Origin: Phoronis australis
Taxonomy: Eukaryota > Animalia > Phoronida
Length of the DNA: 64,000 nucleotides
Assembly: GCA_002633005.1 (NCBI GenBank)
Contig: NMRA01000145.1
Span: forward strand, 86,789-150,788
Direction of reading: 5' to 3'
The translations under genes and the position numbers were made by a program. This document shows, in pieces, positions 38,881 through 51,100 of the stretch (position 1 is the stretch's first letter; each line of letters begins with the position of its first letter). The notes below the pieces were generated by a model that was not told where the DNA came from, searched no databases, and saw nothing but the letters and a program-made list of their open reading frames with translations.

Positions 38881-39876
38881 ATGAACCGAACAGTGTTTCA
38901 TTTGAGTGATCTTCCCACATGGCCAAACTATTGCTACAGCCTTTTAGCTGTCGCCATAATTGTCACCAATGGATTACTACTCATTGTGATTGGCAGGACT
39001 AAATCCCTGCATACCAACCAAAACATGTATGTCTTTGCTCTCGCATTCGCCGACTTATGTGTTGGATTGATTGCAGTACCAATCATACTGACAGTGTTTC
39101 ATATTGACTTCAGGGGCCACCCGTACCTCTGTCTGGCCATGCTTAGTGTATATTACCAACAGTGTGTTCTCCCCGTTACTATACTGTCATTACTTGCAGT
39201 TGATCGATATCTGTTCATCGCTCACCCACTGCACTACCACAAAGTAGCTACTACCAAAAAGGCTACTTTAATGCTGGTGATCAGCGTAGTGGGAGCATGC
39301 CTGTGGTGCTTTGCCCCACTTTTTGGATGGAACAAATTCTGGCATGGCTACATTAAGGCAAAAGACCTGATCTGTTTGCCAGAATATTTGATTATGCCCA
39401 GCTATCTTCTGGTGACAATTATCCTTCTCTTCCTTGATCAAACTATGCAAATTGCATGTTTCTCACTCATTGCCTACACCGCTTGGCAACAGAGGAAGAA
39501 AATCAACCAGCAGATGTCGGATGCATTGAGTGCTGGACCGCGTCACCCAGAAGTAAGCATCAGAGCAATGGTAGTACTGGCACTTCTGATGTTCACATCA
39601 GCAGCAGGATGGTTACCAATGCTGATCATGAATGCAGCATGGTTTGACTGGTCCGGCTCCCATGAAATCAAGGAATATGGTGATGGAGAGTCACACGCTC
39701 GAGATGCTTTTGGGTTTGTCGGATTTTTCGCATCTCTTGTTAACCCATTAATCTATGGGTTTGGAACCCCTGCAGTGCGAGATGCTGCCCTAAAGCTGTT
39801 CAGGAGAAACAGTATGAGAAATGATGCAATCAATGCTAGCAATGCTACAATGTTGGACATTTCAGGGAACGCTTAA
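38881..39876 (+). CDS. Single-exon class A GPCR, member 6
   Basis: ATG at 38881 (MNRTV; ORF track starts at GTG 38857); ALAFADLCVGL, VDRY, PLFGWN, GWLP, NPLIYGFGTP. Confidence 0.93.
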   Translation: MNRTVFHLSDLPTWPNYCYSLLAVAIIVTNGLLLIVIGRTKSLHTNQNMYVFALAFADLCVGLIAVPIILTVFHIDFRGHPYLCLAMLSVYYQQCVLPVTILSLLAVDRYLFIAHPLHYHKVATTKKATLMLVISVVGACLWCFAPLFGWNKFWHGYIKAKDLICLPEYLIMPSYLLVTIILLFLDQTMQIACFSLIAYTAWQQRKKINQQMSDALSAGPRHPEVSIRAMVVLALLMFTSAAGWLPMLIMNAAWFDWSGSHEIKEYGDGESHARDAFGFVGFFASLVNPLIYGFGTPAVRDAALKLFRRNSMRNDAINASNATMLDISGNA

Positions 39877-40678
39877 TGATAACTGATGTGGCCACAAATG
39901 TCTGAAATGATTGATCACCAGGATTTTGAGTGACGGCTTAACTGACCATTTAGAACGCAGCATTATTGACAAGCTGCCATTTTACCCGACAAACAACATG
40001 TTGCCGGGTAAAACTTATTGTTTGTTAGTCAACATAAAGCAAGGAGGCGGAGCTTGCGATATGTCAATTGCTGTTGTAACACTTACAAAAAAATTAGAGC
40101 TATTGTCTAAGTTTTTGATTCATAAGTATGGTTATGATTCGGTATCTTTTGTTTGACAAAACAAAAATAGGAAATTTTTAACCGCATTTGCGATTGTTTA
40201 AACCATGCAATAGTAACAGCAGATACCCATTACACTGTGCACTGAAGCAGGTGTACACTGCTTCTATTGTCATCACTTTTAGACTTGAATGTGAATGTGC
40301 TCGGAATATTTTAAATAGTATTTGTTTCAGCAAATAGTTGACAAAAATGACCAAAAGAAAGACTGGAAAATGATAGTCTTCTATAGCTGCCTAAGGTTTG
40401 CGATAAGGTTTAACCACTTTATGTAGGCTTATTTGGCAGTTATGGTGGAAAGAATCACCAATCTACTAAAATAAATCCAATTACTAATCCAAAAAGACTA
40501 AAAATACATACAAGCATTATATACAGTGTTAAAATAAATAAATAAAGGATTTTTCTCTAGCACTCAGTATTAAAATAAGTGAACTAAGGAAACTTTTTTC
40601 AAGATTTTTAAGGTTAGGTTAGACACTGGAAAATTACAAATTTGGCAATAACTTTGGTGCGCCACATCTCAGAAATGG

Positions 40679-40920
40679 CTGAGCGAATTCATATGTGTCA
40701 TGAATTCTCATGGAGTTAATTAAGTGTAAGTTTAATCATTTCCTGTGTCGTACAACTGCCCCAGTAAAACAGTTCATGTTATATAACACTTCCCACATAC
40801 TGAGCGAATTCATATGTGTCATGAATTCTCATGAAGTTAATTAAGTGCAAGTTTAATCATTTCCTGTGTCGTACAACTGCCCCAGCAAAACAGTTCATGT
40901 TATATAACACTTCCCACATA
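40679..40920 (+). repeat. Direct tandem duplication, 2 x 121 bp
   Basis: gagcgaattcatatgtgtc... starts at 40681 and 40802, with few mismatches. Confidence 0.92.
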
Positions 40921-42607
40921 CTTGAGGTGTTTTTGTTCACTAAGTCACTGACCAGTGACATAGTGAAACCCTATATGACAGACAGCTGTCTACACTTCAT
41001 TCATGTTTATGATTTGGATGAAATCACTGGATCTTTCAATATTATTGTTGTTTTGCACTCACAACCCACACATATTTATATTCACTATATTGTAGTTTGA
41101 GTTAATAAACTTTATGCATCAGTAGAAACTCAATGACTGTTAGTTTTTATGCTGCTCTCCATTAACTTGCTGTTGCTACCTTGGTGGCCAACTGTTCAAC
41201 CAAGAACCGGGTAACCCAACTATACCACCACGAACTATCCAACACTATAAAACTTTCACATACTATGCTTTATGAAATTTTCTCCAAAACTCAGGTAGGA
41301 ATTATGTTTCACTTCTGCATGAGAAGCTATCAAAAAGCAGGACTTTAATGGAAAATTATTTTAGACACACTGCAACTGCATTTTTGAGACATCTTGAAAC
41401 ATTTACATCACATGAAATTTGGCCATGTTATTGATCCCGTTGTTTTGCTAGGTATGTACCTAGTATCTTTTTTGTTTAATTTTACTAAAAAGACATGGAC
41501 ATATGATCTAACTAGTGTCAGACTGGTACACAGTTAAAAAATCAAACTCAAGAGGCTTTCAACTTTCAGAAAAAATATACTTTTACAGAGTTACATTACA
41601 TTTGGGCAAATCCAGACTAATAAATACAAAAACCTTTTTGAGAATATCACCAATTTTACAGGTAATTTTGTATCGGAAACTACAAGAAAGTATAAATTGA
41701 GATTAAGAGATCACATCTATAATTAACAAAACGTATTCAGAGGTTAACACACATTACTCGATGTCCTTGAAGTTTTTAATTAGGTAGGCTGTACAATAAG
41801 CTTATTTTGTTTTGGTAAGACTCTTCATAATTAGTATAACCTTAATATATACACATATATACATATATCTGCAATGAGTCAGTCACACCAAGGCTGAGTC
41901 ACTTACACAAAGCCAAGATCTTCTGGCATTAAAAGAATCGAATGTGCAGTTCTGTTACACAACATAATTTTCAAAAAATCTTAACAACAATGACTCTGAA
42001 CAGTTATAAGATTTTGTAATATTTGATGATTATACCATCCAAACAGATCACTAATCTATCAGGTTTCTTATCAACATGGCTGGAATGTATTACACACACA
42101 CTTACTGGCAACAGACTGAACTGTTATCAGAGCTAACCTTAATTAGAAATGAGTATCTATGCACAACTTGAGTTTTATCAAAACAGAGTAATTACAGAGA
42201 TCAGAGGGGCCGGGCAAAGCACGATATTAATTAACTTATAATAATTAGTAGTGTAGAGCATTCATTGCGAGTAAAGGTATATGAGATCAGCGTTGAATGT
42301 CACAGTAGGAGATGTAATTAATATTATGAGAAATCACATAGTCGACGTGGACTTGATAGAAACAAGAAAAAGCTAACGCTGCACAGGAAACAAGAAACTG
42401 AGACAACAGCTTTCAATATCCTTAGGATACTTATCACGTCAACTAATTAAGGAAAGGTGTAATAACTGAAGAAGTCAAGAAAAGCGAGACAATTCTGTTG
42501 TATCATGTGACACATCATGGGATAACTGTGACATTTTTGTGATGAATGTGACAAACTGTTATCATAGAAACACAAGATAACGGTGAAACAAAGTATCAAC
42601 ATCTAAG

Positions 42608-43744
42608 ATGCAAACGACTGAGCTCAATACAATGTCAACCACACCAACGATGACCATGGAACAGCTGGCAGATGGTACAAGCATCTGGTTAAAAGAAACG
42701 CAGATAGCTCTCGGACTGATCTGCGTCGCCATTACCATCTCCAACACCATTCTGATTCTGGTCATTGCCAAGGTCAAGTCCCTGCACACGGCACCGAACT
42801 ACATGATTCTCGGCCTGTCATTCTCCGACCTATTGATAGGCTGTGTTGGAATCCCTATCTACCTGCTAGCACAGCGTGAGAAATTGGGCACGGAATTCTT
42901 CACGTGTATAGTGGGAATGAACCCATCGTGGGTCTGCGTAAACGTGTCAGAGAACATGTTCTTCGTGGTTATCGCTGAGCGGTACATGGCAATCTGTCAC
43001 CCCATACGCCACCGACTGCTGATGACGAACAAGCGAATAGCCCTGGCAATAGCTTGTTGTTGGTTTTACAGCCTAGCAACGAGCACATTACCCCTGATGG
43101 GATGGAACAGCAGCCTCTACATAATCATAGAGACAGTACCGTACTGCGACGTGACAAAACTATATGTGGGAGGCTACATTCTGTTCATGGTGATACACTC
43201 GATGTTGTATTTGACCGCAAACTGCGTCATGCTCTCAAGAATGTTTGTGAAACTGCACCGCATACGCAAGACAAAACCTGGGCTAGCCATTCAACATGGC
43301 GATGTGGCGGCAAAATTAAAAGCACTCCGTACTAGGCGCAGAAGTATTGTACTGGTGTTCTTTCGAGTCTGCTACCATGCTATTTCATGGCTCCCAGCAC
43401 TGATTGAATTTGGAATTGCCTACAGCTTCTTTACAAATCAAATCGGAGACTCGCAAAAACTTGATTGGTTATCGTTCAACATATTCATGTGCTTGGGGTT
43501 TAGTAGCTCGTTGGTTTGTCCTATTCTATACATGATCACCAACAGGGACATCAGTGAGGTTTTACATAAGATCCTAAGAAGGGAGCCACTGGTCAGTCGC
43601 CCGCCTTCCAGTGCAATAGCTTCTATTGTTCTGAATGTTCCAGTCTATAATGTGGTCAGAGAGGAGGAGGAAAACAATGGTGAACTAAATAAGGAAATCG
43701 CATCAACGAGTGGCAGCCTAAAACGAAACATTAATTATTTTTGA
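42608..43744 (+). CDS. Single-exon class A GPCR, divergent from members 1-6
   Basis: 378 aa; KSLHTAPNY..LSFSDLL, AERYMAICHPIRH, LPLMGWN, SWLP, CPILY (NPxxY variant). Confidence 0.9.
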   Translation: MQTTELNTMSTTPTMTMEQLADGTSIWLKETQIALGLICVAITISNTILILVIAKVKSLHTAPNYMILGLSFSDLLIGCVGIPIYLLAQREKLGTEFFTCIVGMNPSWVCVNVSENMFFVVIAERYMAICHPIRHRLLMTNKRIALAIACCWFYSLATSTLPLMGWNSSLYIIIETVPYCDVTKLYVGGYILFMVIHSMLYLTANCVMLSRMFVKLHRIRKTKPGLAIQHGDVAAKLKALRTRRRSIVLVFFRVCYHAISWLPALIEFGIAYSFFTNQIGDSQKLDWLSFNIFMCLGFSSSLVCPILYMITNRDISEVLHKILRREPLVSRPPSSAIASIVLNVPVYNVVREEEENNGELNKEIASTSGSLKRNINYF

Positions 43745-44659
43745 AGCAATGACGTATCACATTCTTCTTGATAAGCACTGCAGGCTAAACACAATTCTGT
43801 TCAATGGTCTGAATATGTGATTGGGAAACCTAGACTGTAACCATTCTTAGTGTTGTCATAGGTTAAAAGGTTTTTAAATAAATCAGAGATACCACAAAGT
43901 GTGTAGTCTGACACGGCACTTGTAAGATATAGCGGTCCCTGATTTTGAGAACAAGGCAATCGCTGAATAACGGGCGCATTATTCAGAGGATGAAACTGGT
44001 TCCCAAAATCACAGAGCACTATATCTGACCAGTGTTACTTGAAGCAAGATTTAGCAGAGACTGATGCTTTTATTAGTCTTTGATGAATAAATAGAATTAA
44101 CTCAAGTTTATTCTTTGTAAATAAACTTTAAATGGATTAACGTCGTGTAAGAGTGAGTAAACTTATTGCAAGTCATTTAAACATGAGTTTACCTCATGTT
44201 AGATTTAAACTCAAATTAAGTCAACTTATTATTTTCAAATGTGTTGACATCATGTTAGAGCACGGCTTGATGCTTAACATAATGTCAACTTACCAAATGT
44301 GACCCGGCAAAATTTCCAGATCCCCAAACAGGAGCCGAGGTCGTCAGACATCTTTTGCAAGATCAAAAATGAAATAAACGCTGCCGCTGGTGCACCTAAG
44401 ACCACACGGTCAAGTTTTTTGTCTCGCATGCTCAGTGATGACTAATTTCCACCTCTGGGGCCAATATGCCGCACAAAGGCTAACCTCATGAGGCACAAGA
44501 ATCCAATCAGGCCCTTCCAATTTTTACCAAATGATCCTGATTTCCATCTGATAATATTTTGAGTGCGTTCACAGTTGAGGCGTGGAGACTTGGCGACCTG
44601 GGATTTTTACCATGAGGTCGCATTGGCGACTTAGGAGGCTAAATTGAACCCTGTACAGA

Positions 44660-44780
44660 AAACTCATGAAAAGTCAATCCATAGTAAGCAAATGTCAAAT
44701 GAGTTAACTTCATGTTGGAGTAAACTCATGAAAAGTCAATTCTTAGTAAGCGAACTTCAAACGAGTTTACTTCATATTAC
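44660..44780 (+). repeat. Tandem repeat, 2 x ~62 bp
   Basis: aaactcatgaaaagtcaat...tagtaagc repeated. Confidence 0.75.
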
Positions 44781-45062
44781 ATAAATCGTTTTGCTCTTCT
44801 CACATCAAAATCACGAACTGTCACAGAAAAGAACTGAATAGAAAAACGGTACTACAACAGAAGCTGCTGCTTTTGAATAAGACTAGAGACACACTGCCAT
44901 CATAACTACAATGGCATGGTCATGGTTTACATTTATTTATAATCTAAGCTCTATGAGATAATTAAGCCACAGAACAAATTTTAGACCTTCACATTTACAC
45001 ACTGGCACCAAGAGCACTAGACTTTTGACACAAATCTAAATACTAATACTAATTAATCTTAC

Positions 45063-45109
45063 CTGACAGTCATTTTGTACGGCTAGGGTGGAAATTTCTT
45101 CAACATGCC
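45063..45109 (-). CDS. WDR90: WDR90 last visible exon (HVEEISTLAVQNDCQ)
   Basis: 47 bp, phase 1-0, tttttag acceptor, gtaaga donor; matches the HxxEISTLA motif. Confidence 0.87.
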
Positions 45110-48100
45110 CTAAAAAGTTTCAAAATGTTAATAAAATACTTCATGGCTTCCTATAAATTTCTAGTGCTACTTTGCCAATTAAACAAGGGTTGTTTTCTAC
45201 GATATTTTAGGCATTTGTTTTTCTGGGATTTCAAGGCTTATGAATGTAGATTTGAATAGGAGACGTGTCACATTTTGGGGGCTACTAACAGAACTAGACA
45301 GCAGATTAATTTAGTACTACAAAGAAGTTCATTGAAGCTGGAAAGCAGCTTAGTTTGAACTACAAAGAGCTAAAGTTTCCTGTTTAGTGTTACCTGTCAG
45401 GTGTTTCTGTTCACCTGTACTCAGATCTTCAACAATTACGAGACAACCACTGGTGTAGGCAAACAGACCTGTAGTAAAATAAAACTCACCCTGGAAACAT
45501 TTCCTAATAAATTATTCATTTTAAGATTAATACACAACCTGTTACAAATTGACTACCAGAAAACACAACAGGCTGAAGCATTTATATTTGAACTTCAATA
45601 AAACTCAAAAAATCGCAGACCACGCCTTATGCAACATTAACCTCAAAGAGCAACAGAGTTTTGTATTTTTTGACATAATCAAGTTAACAGGGCATTCAAG
45701 CCGGTATCAACCCATTTTCTGAAGAAAAGCTTATTTTTCATCCACATCATTTGCCGTTTTGAAAATTACCTCAAATTGTTCCTTACTTAGATTAGAAGTA
45801 ATTTTTGGATTTTGGAAGAATCAGTACTTTGGTATTGGGAATGATTTCAAGTTGACTTGACAAGGCTGGTCAGTTTATGACCAGGAATGGTCGAAGACAA
45901 TGGCAACCGATCAGTTCTTTCCAAGTCACCATTTTATTGCTTACTGAGATTAAATGAGATTTCTGGGCTTACGATGAAATGTCAATTAGTTACTGAAGGA
46001 ATCCAGGCTGAATTCGTCGGCTTCACCCAGCTGTGCATTTTCTGCACTGAGCACAGGCTGACGCATTATCAAACAGTAACTTCTTCCCAAATCCAAAAAT
46101 TACAATACATTTAAGTGAGGAACAAATTGCGACTAATTTCACACCATTACAGTACAAGTCAAAAGTATTCAGATAAAATGATCCAAAATTTTTTATCATG
46201 ACGGCTAGGCGGAATCTGAATTCATTGCCAGAGCAGCCTTCTCTCATGACCGAGAATGAAAGGGAATAAACAGAGGGTATTTAATAAAGTGGATAGTAAA
46301 TGATTCCCTAATTACAATTTTGCCGCCCTAATAGTCTTTACTAGTAACTTCGCTGTTAACAGAATTAGCTATCATGAAAACATTATTTTGTCTGATTACT
46401 TTAGTCTTGTATTAAACTGTAAGTGGTCTAAATTAAACGTTGGGCTCTTTGACAGAAGACGTAGCAGGTATATGAAGTACAACTGAAGTTTCATGAAAAA
46501 TTTTCCCCACCGCATCTTTTACGTTTATCATGAACCACTATCAATTAATGGTCCTCTTTTACATCTTTTCATCCTAAGTAAAAACGATGGAGTGAAGTAC
46601 AATAATACGAAACGATACATGTTTATTGAGTGCCGAAGCCGATATAAAATAGAATTTAAATTTATTATCAGACAGTCCATATTTAACAATTCTTATGTTT
46701 AGTGATGACATGTCATGGCAGTAGATGAAAAAATTTGGACCCGGATATAAGAATAGACATGCCATCACACTGGGTCCAAAATGTCATAATGATGTCAAAA
46801 TGACATTCCTATAACCTACCCGTATCAGGTGACCATATCACATTCCCACGCCCATTACCATTATAGCCAAAAACAGAGTGAATTTCAAGGCCAGCTTGAT
46901 TAGGTGGAGCTGTGTATCGTCTCTAGAAAAGATAATCATTATGGCTTATTAGAATACCATAAACTTCGAAACTGGTGTTTTGGCGTCCATGAGAAAAATT
47001 TTGAATTTCAAAAAATGGAACCTTAAAACAAACATAACTATGTTTCAAAGATCCTGCACTTAACAAAATGTCAGAAAAATGAAAATACACCTCATTACGT
47101 CAGCTTATCTAGGAGGAACCACAAGGAATGATGTTTATGAACAAACTGCAATGATTGGTTGGAGATGTATGGCAATAGTTGTGATGATTTATCCACTTAC
47201 CTCACACACATGAAGAAAGGTGTGCAATTGTTTGAACACAAAACAGCAGACGAAAGCTGTGTTTACAGACAACGCACAAAGCATTCGGCATGCAGCAGAA
47301 TCAGTAGTTTCCAACACAGGAGTATGTTAAACAATTTTCAAATTGACAATATCAGCTATGATTTGGTTAAACAGTCATCTCTTGAATATTATTATTATTT
47401 CAGTTCTAATGCATTCTCCGAAGAAACAACTTAACGAACTGGAATTCAAAAAGAAACCATTTGGTGATTCAATTCATACAAATGGCAATTTAACTATCTT
47501 TGACACATAGCATTACCAAACGTGTAAGTTATATTTGCTCAAAACAGTCTTATTGGTACAACAGGAAAGTTCCAGAAGCAGACACCAGGCACCAAAATGG
47601 GACAAGGAACAACACAGCCTCCAAACTAACCTGTGGTAATTGCTGTGAAACTGGTTTCCGCTTGAAATGTTTGAAGACTGTTGGTTCTGCCACAGGCTGT
47701 ACAGAAGTCTCCATCACTGCCGAAGTTTTTAGCGGTTTACTTGGTTGGCGGTGCTTGCTCAGCATTTTACTGGCACCCAAAGATTCATAGCTGCACCCTG
47801 GGTCGGCCTTAAGACAATAAAAGGTCAAAAAGATTCGGAAAACAGAACAATGAATATAAAATAAGATGCCATCCGTTATACAATAATCTAGTAAACAGTT
47901 AAGAAGCAAACTCTCAGAAGTTGAAACTGATAAAAAATAAGTAAACCTCAAAGGCATGTACAAGGTACTGGTAAGAAAACTTAAGTGAAACGTTACGTGC
48001 CCTGCCAATATGTGAAATGTAAATGTGACAAAAACTCCTCTGTTGGATCACAAAAAATTTCAACATTTTATTCGTTTTGCAGGTTTCCTTGCTTGTTTTG

Positions 48101-51100
48101 TAACATCAACCACATTGCAAACTAAACATTGAAGAAATGTTGTGCAATATCTTGTATAAATTCATGTAACCTGAATCATATATATGTCTGACTAGTCAAA
48201 CGAAACAGGTTTTTAGAAAACAGTTTTTACCTCATCAGCCGTGGAAGTTTCATCACTGGAGTAGCCGTTGGCGTTAGCATTCTCGTTCTCCGGCAGTTCT
48301 GGACCAATGAGTGTCTTCACCTCTGTGGTGCCATCCTCATTATTGTTATTGTCATCCATGTCGTCAAATGTTGTCAACTCGTCCATAAGCATTCGCAGGC
48401 CCCGCATGTCTAAATACGGTATACTTGAGTTATCATATCCTGACAGTATTTTTACTATGACCCTTTGTCTGTACAGACTTGTGTAGACAGTGTTCCGATT
48501 GTCGTACACAATTTTCTGCCGAGTCAAAAGAAAGATGGAGCAAAATCGTGTGTTCTCCTCCCACACAACTAGTTATATATGCCTTTTTAAACTTATGTCG
48601 GAACACCCAACTGCACACTAGGGTCAGTCGTATAGCACTAATCGGAGAGTATAAACAAGGTTTACTCAAACAATTAGAACAATTAACTGTTATGATTATA
48701 ACCACAACCACTGTTATTCATATAGCTGTCATACTACAACTATAATTATAATTATCATTGACAGCATCGTCGTTGCACTAATTATTCTTTTATCGTTGTT
48801 ATCAGACACCATTCATAACTGCCATTCCCATCCCAATTCACACGATAATCATACAACTCCCCAAATCTTCCACGGGTTAACACAATATCGGCCAATGTTA
48901 AAATAAAATAGACAAAAAGATGGTTACTGCAAACAATATAACGACTGCAATAAGCTCACCACCAGAGTCGATATCCGTAGTTTTCCGCAGCCTAGCTGTG
49001 GATGAGCCGTCATTGGTCAGTGTCAGTCCTCCCTTCAACGTGTCCAGCTCGGCCATTTTGTGTGGGCTGGAATAGGCATGGGGACGTGGCAGATGGCTCC
49101 TGGGGGCTTCCCAAGACACGTTGGGACCTCGTGCCGGGCTACTGGGTGTCTCGGCAAATGACGCCCCAAGACTCCGACGTACGGGAGATTTCTGAGTCGA
49201 AATGAAATCTGTGGATTTGGTCGATGATACCTGCTTGACTTCTTTAACAGAGTTTCTCCCTCTGAAATTCACAAAACGTTTTAGCCACAGTTTGGAAACA
49301 AAGTGCACAAAAGCGTCACATGATTGTGCAAGACAGCAGCTGTGACATGCTTTGCCTCTATCAATCATACATGACAACGTTTTAAGCAAGTATACCTTTT
49401 CATTTAAAACAAGCACTAAACTTATTTACCATATTCAGCAGTATGGTAACAAGTGAATCCTATTGCCCTTAGTGATGACGTGTCATGGCAGTAGATGATG
49501 CAATTTGAACTCGGAAATAAGAATAGACATGGCGTCCACAACGTCATAATGACGTCATGTTAAACATTCCCACTGCCTAAGTATTATATAAACACACATA
49601 GAATTTCCATCCAGCATCTTTACTTTGAAGGAACATACAATCTACTTTCATTAGAAGATTTTGAACCGAGCCTAGGGTCTAATCTGCTGAATCACGACTT
49701 GACACAGACTTGAAAACCAACCCCATTGCATAATTCAACTACAAATTTGTGAGCTCATTCAAAATATGCCATCCAGCTGGACAACTTTTGAGTCGAGTTT
49801 GAAGAACAGAGATCAGACCCCAGGCCCTGGATATCACGTTATAAAATTAGAAATGTCTCATTCTTACAAGTCAAAACACAATTTCAGCGACTAGTTAACT
49901 TACTCCATGACGACTTGCTCATGGTACTCTTCAGCCATGGTTTGCATCTGCCACAGAAAGAGGGCATCACCGACTGAGAACAGTCGCAGGTTGTCCGGTG
50001 AGAAAACGACCCGGCTGATCTGTTCACTGTGGCCGATGAAAACCTGCAACAGGAGTGACACAAGAATGGTGGTAAGTCATCTCCATAACTCAAGAACGAC
50101 CAGTAAGATAACAGTGTGGGTCAATTTGTTCATTGTGACTGAAGAAAACTTGTGACATGTACTAACCGCAATGTAATGTACAGGGCTTGGAATGACCAAT
50201 GACAAAAAGAAAAATTTTCATTCCACAAATAAATAGGCTTGTGTGAGAGAAATATTTTTTTTGTAGCAAAATTTAACTGAATAAAATGTTTTTGCATGAA
50301 TAAAGTTAAAATAATGAAAAAGAGACGAAAAAAGAGGAAACTGGAAATCAAATAAGAGGAATTTGAAACCAAAACAGAGGATATCCTCTTACAAGAGGAA
50401 AATTCCAAGCACTGAATGTACAACAGGACACATGCACTGTTACCTGAAATATGAAAACAAGGAAGGATTTATTGAAGAAGAGTGCATTAAACAGTTTGTT
50501 CTATCCCCTCAATACCGCTACGAGTAGTAAAATTTCCAAGTCCAGGGCGACGGTTCCACAAGGATAAAGTATGAGGTTGAAAATTGAGAAGTCAAAAACT
50601 CGTAACTAAAGTGATTGTGGAGCAGTTACATTATAGTCTGGTGTTCACTAGAGGGTTTGGTGGGAATTAAACTGCAATTACTGTAATGCAAAATATTTGT
50701 TTTTTCAGGTATCCGGGTGAGCTATTTTCCGCAATTAGAAAACACTATGTATAGAGGCAGAAACGAAATAAAAAGACCAAACCTGAAAGTTGAGGTCCAG
50801 CCTCATGTGGTAATCCCATACTTTGATCACTTTGTCGCCACCAGTAGCAAGGTATCGGCCATCTTGTGTAGTTGATAAAGATGTACATCCACCTCGGTGA
50901 ATGTTACACACCTGGTTGAACATACCTCAGTTGTACAGTGTCATAAATCTATACACGCTCAATAAACACTGTAACACACATCTTAACAAGTTTTAAAAAT
51001 CATGACACAAAAATGATCAGCAACCTACCCAAAATAACATGTTCTTGTCAGGAATGCAGCTTAGAGTCGTCTCATTCATAATTTATTCTCGATTTTGCAA

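Noticed and set aside
45985-46060. Possible terminal WDR90 exon (PVLSAENAQLGEADEFSLDSFSN*)
   Set aside because: No homology; true conserved exons at 46820-46922, 45394-45468 and 45063-45109 join in phase around it.
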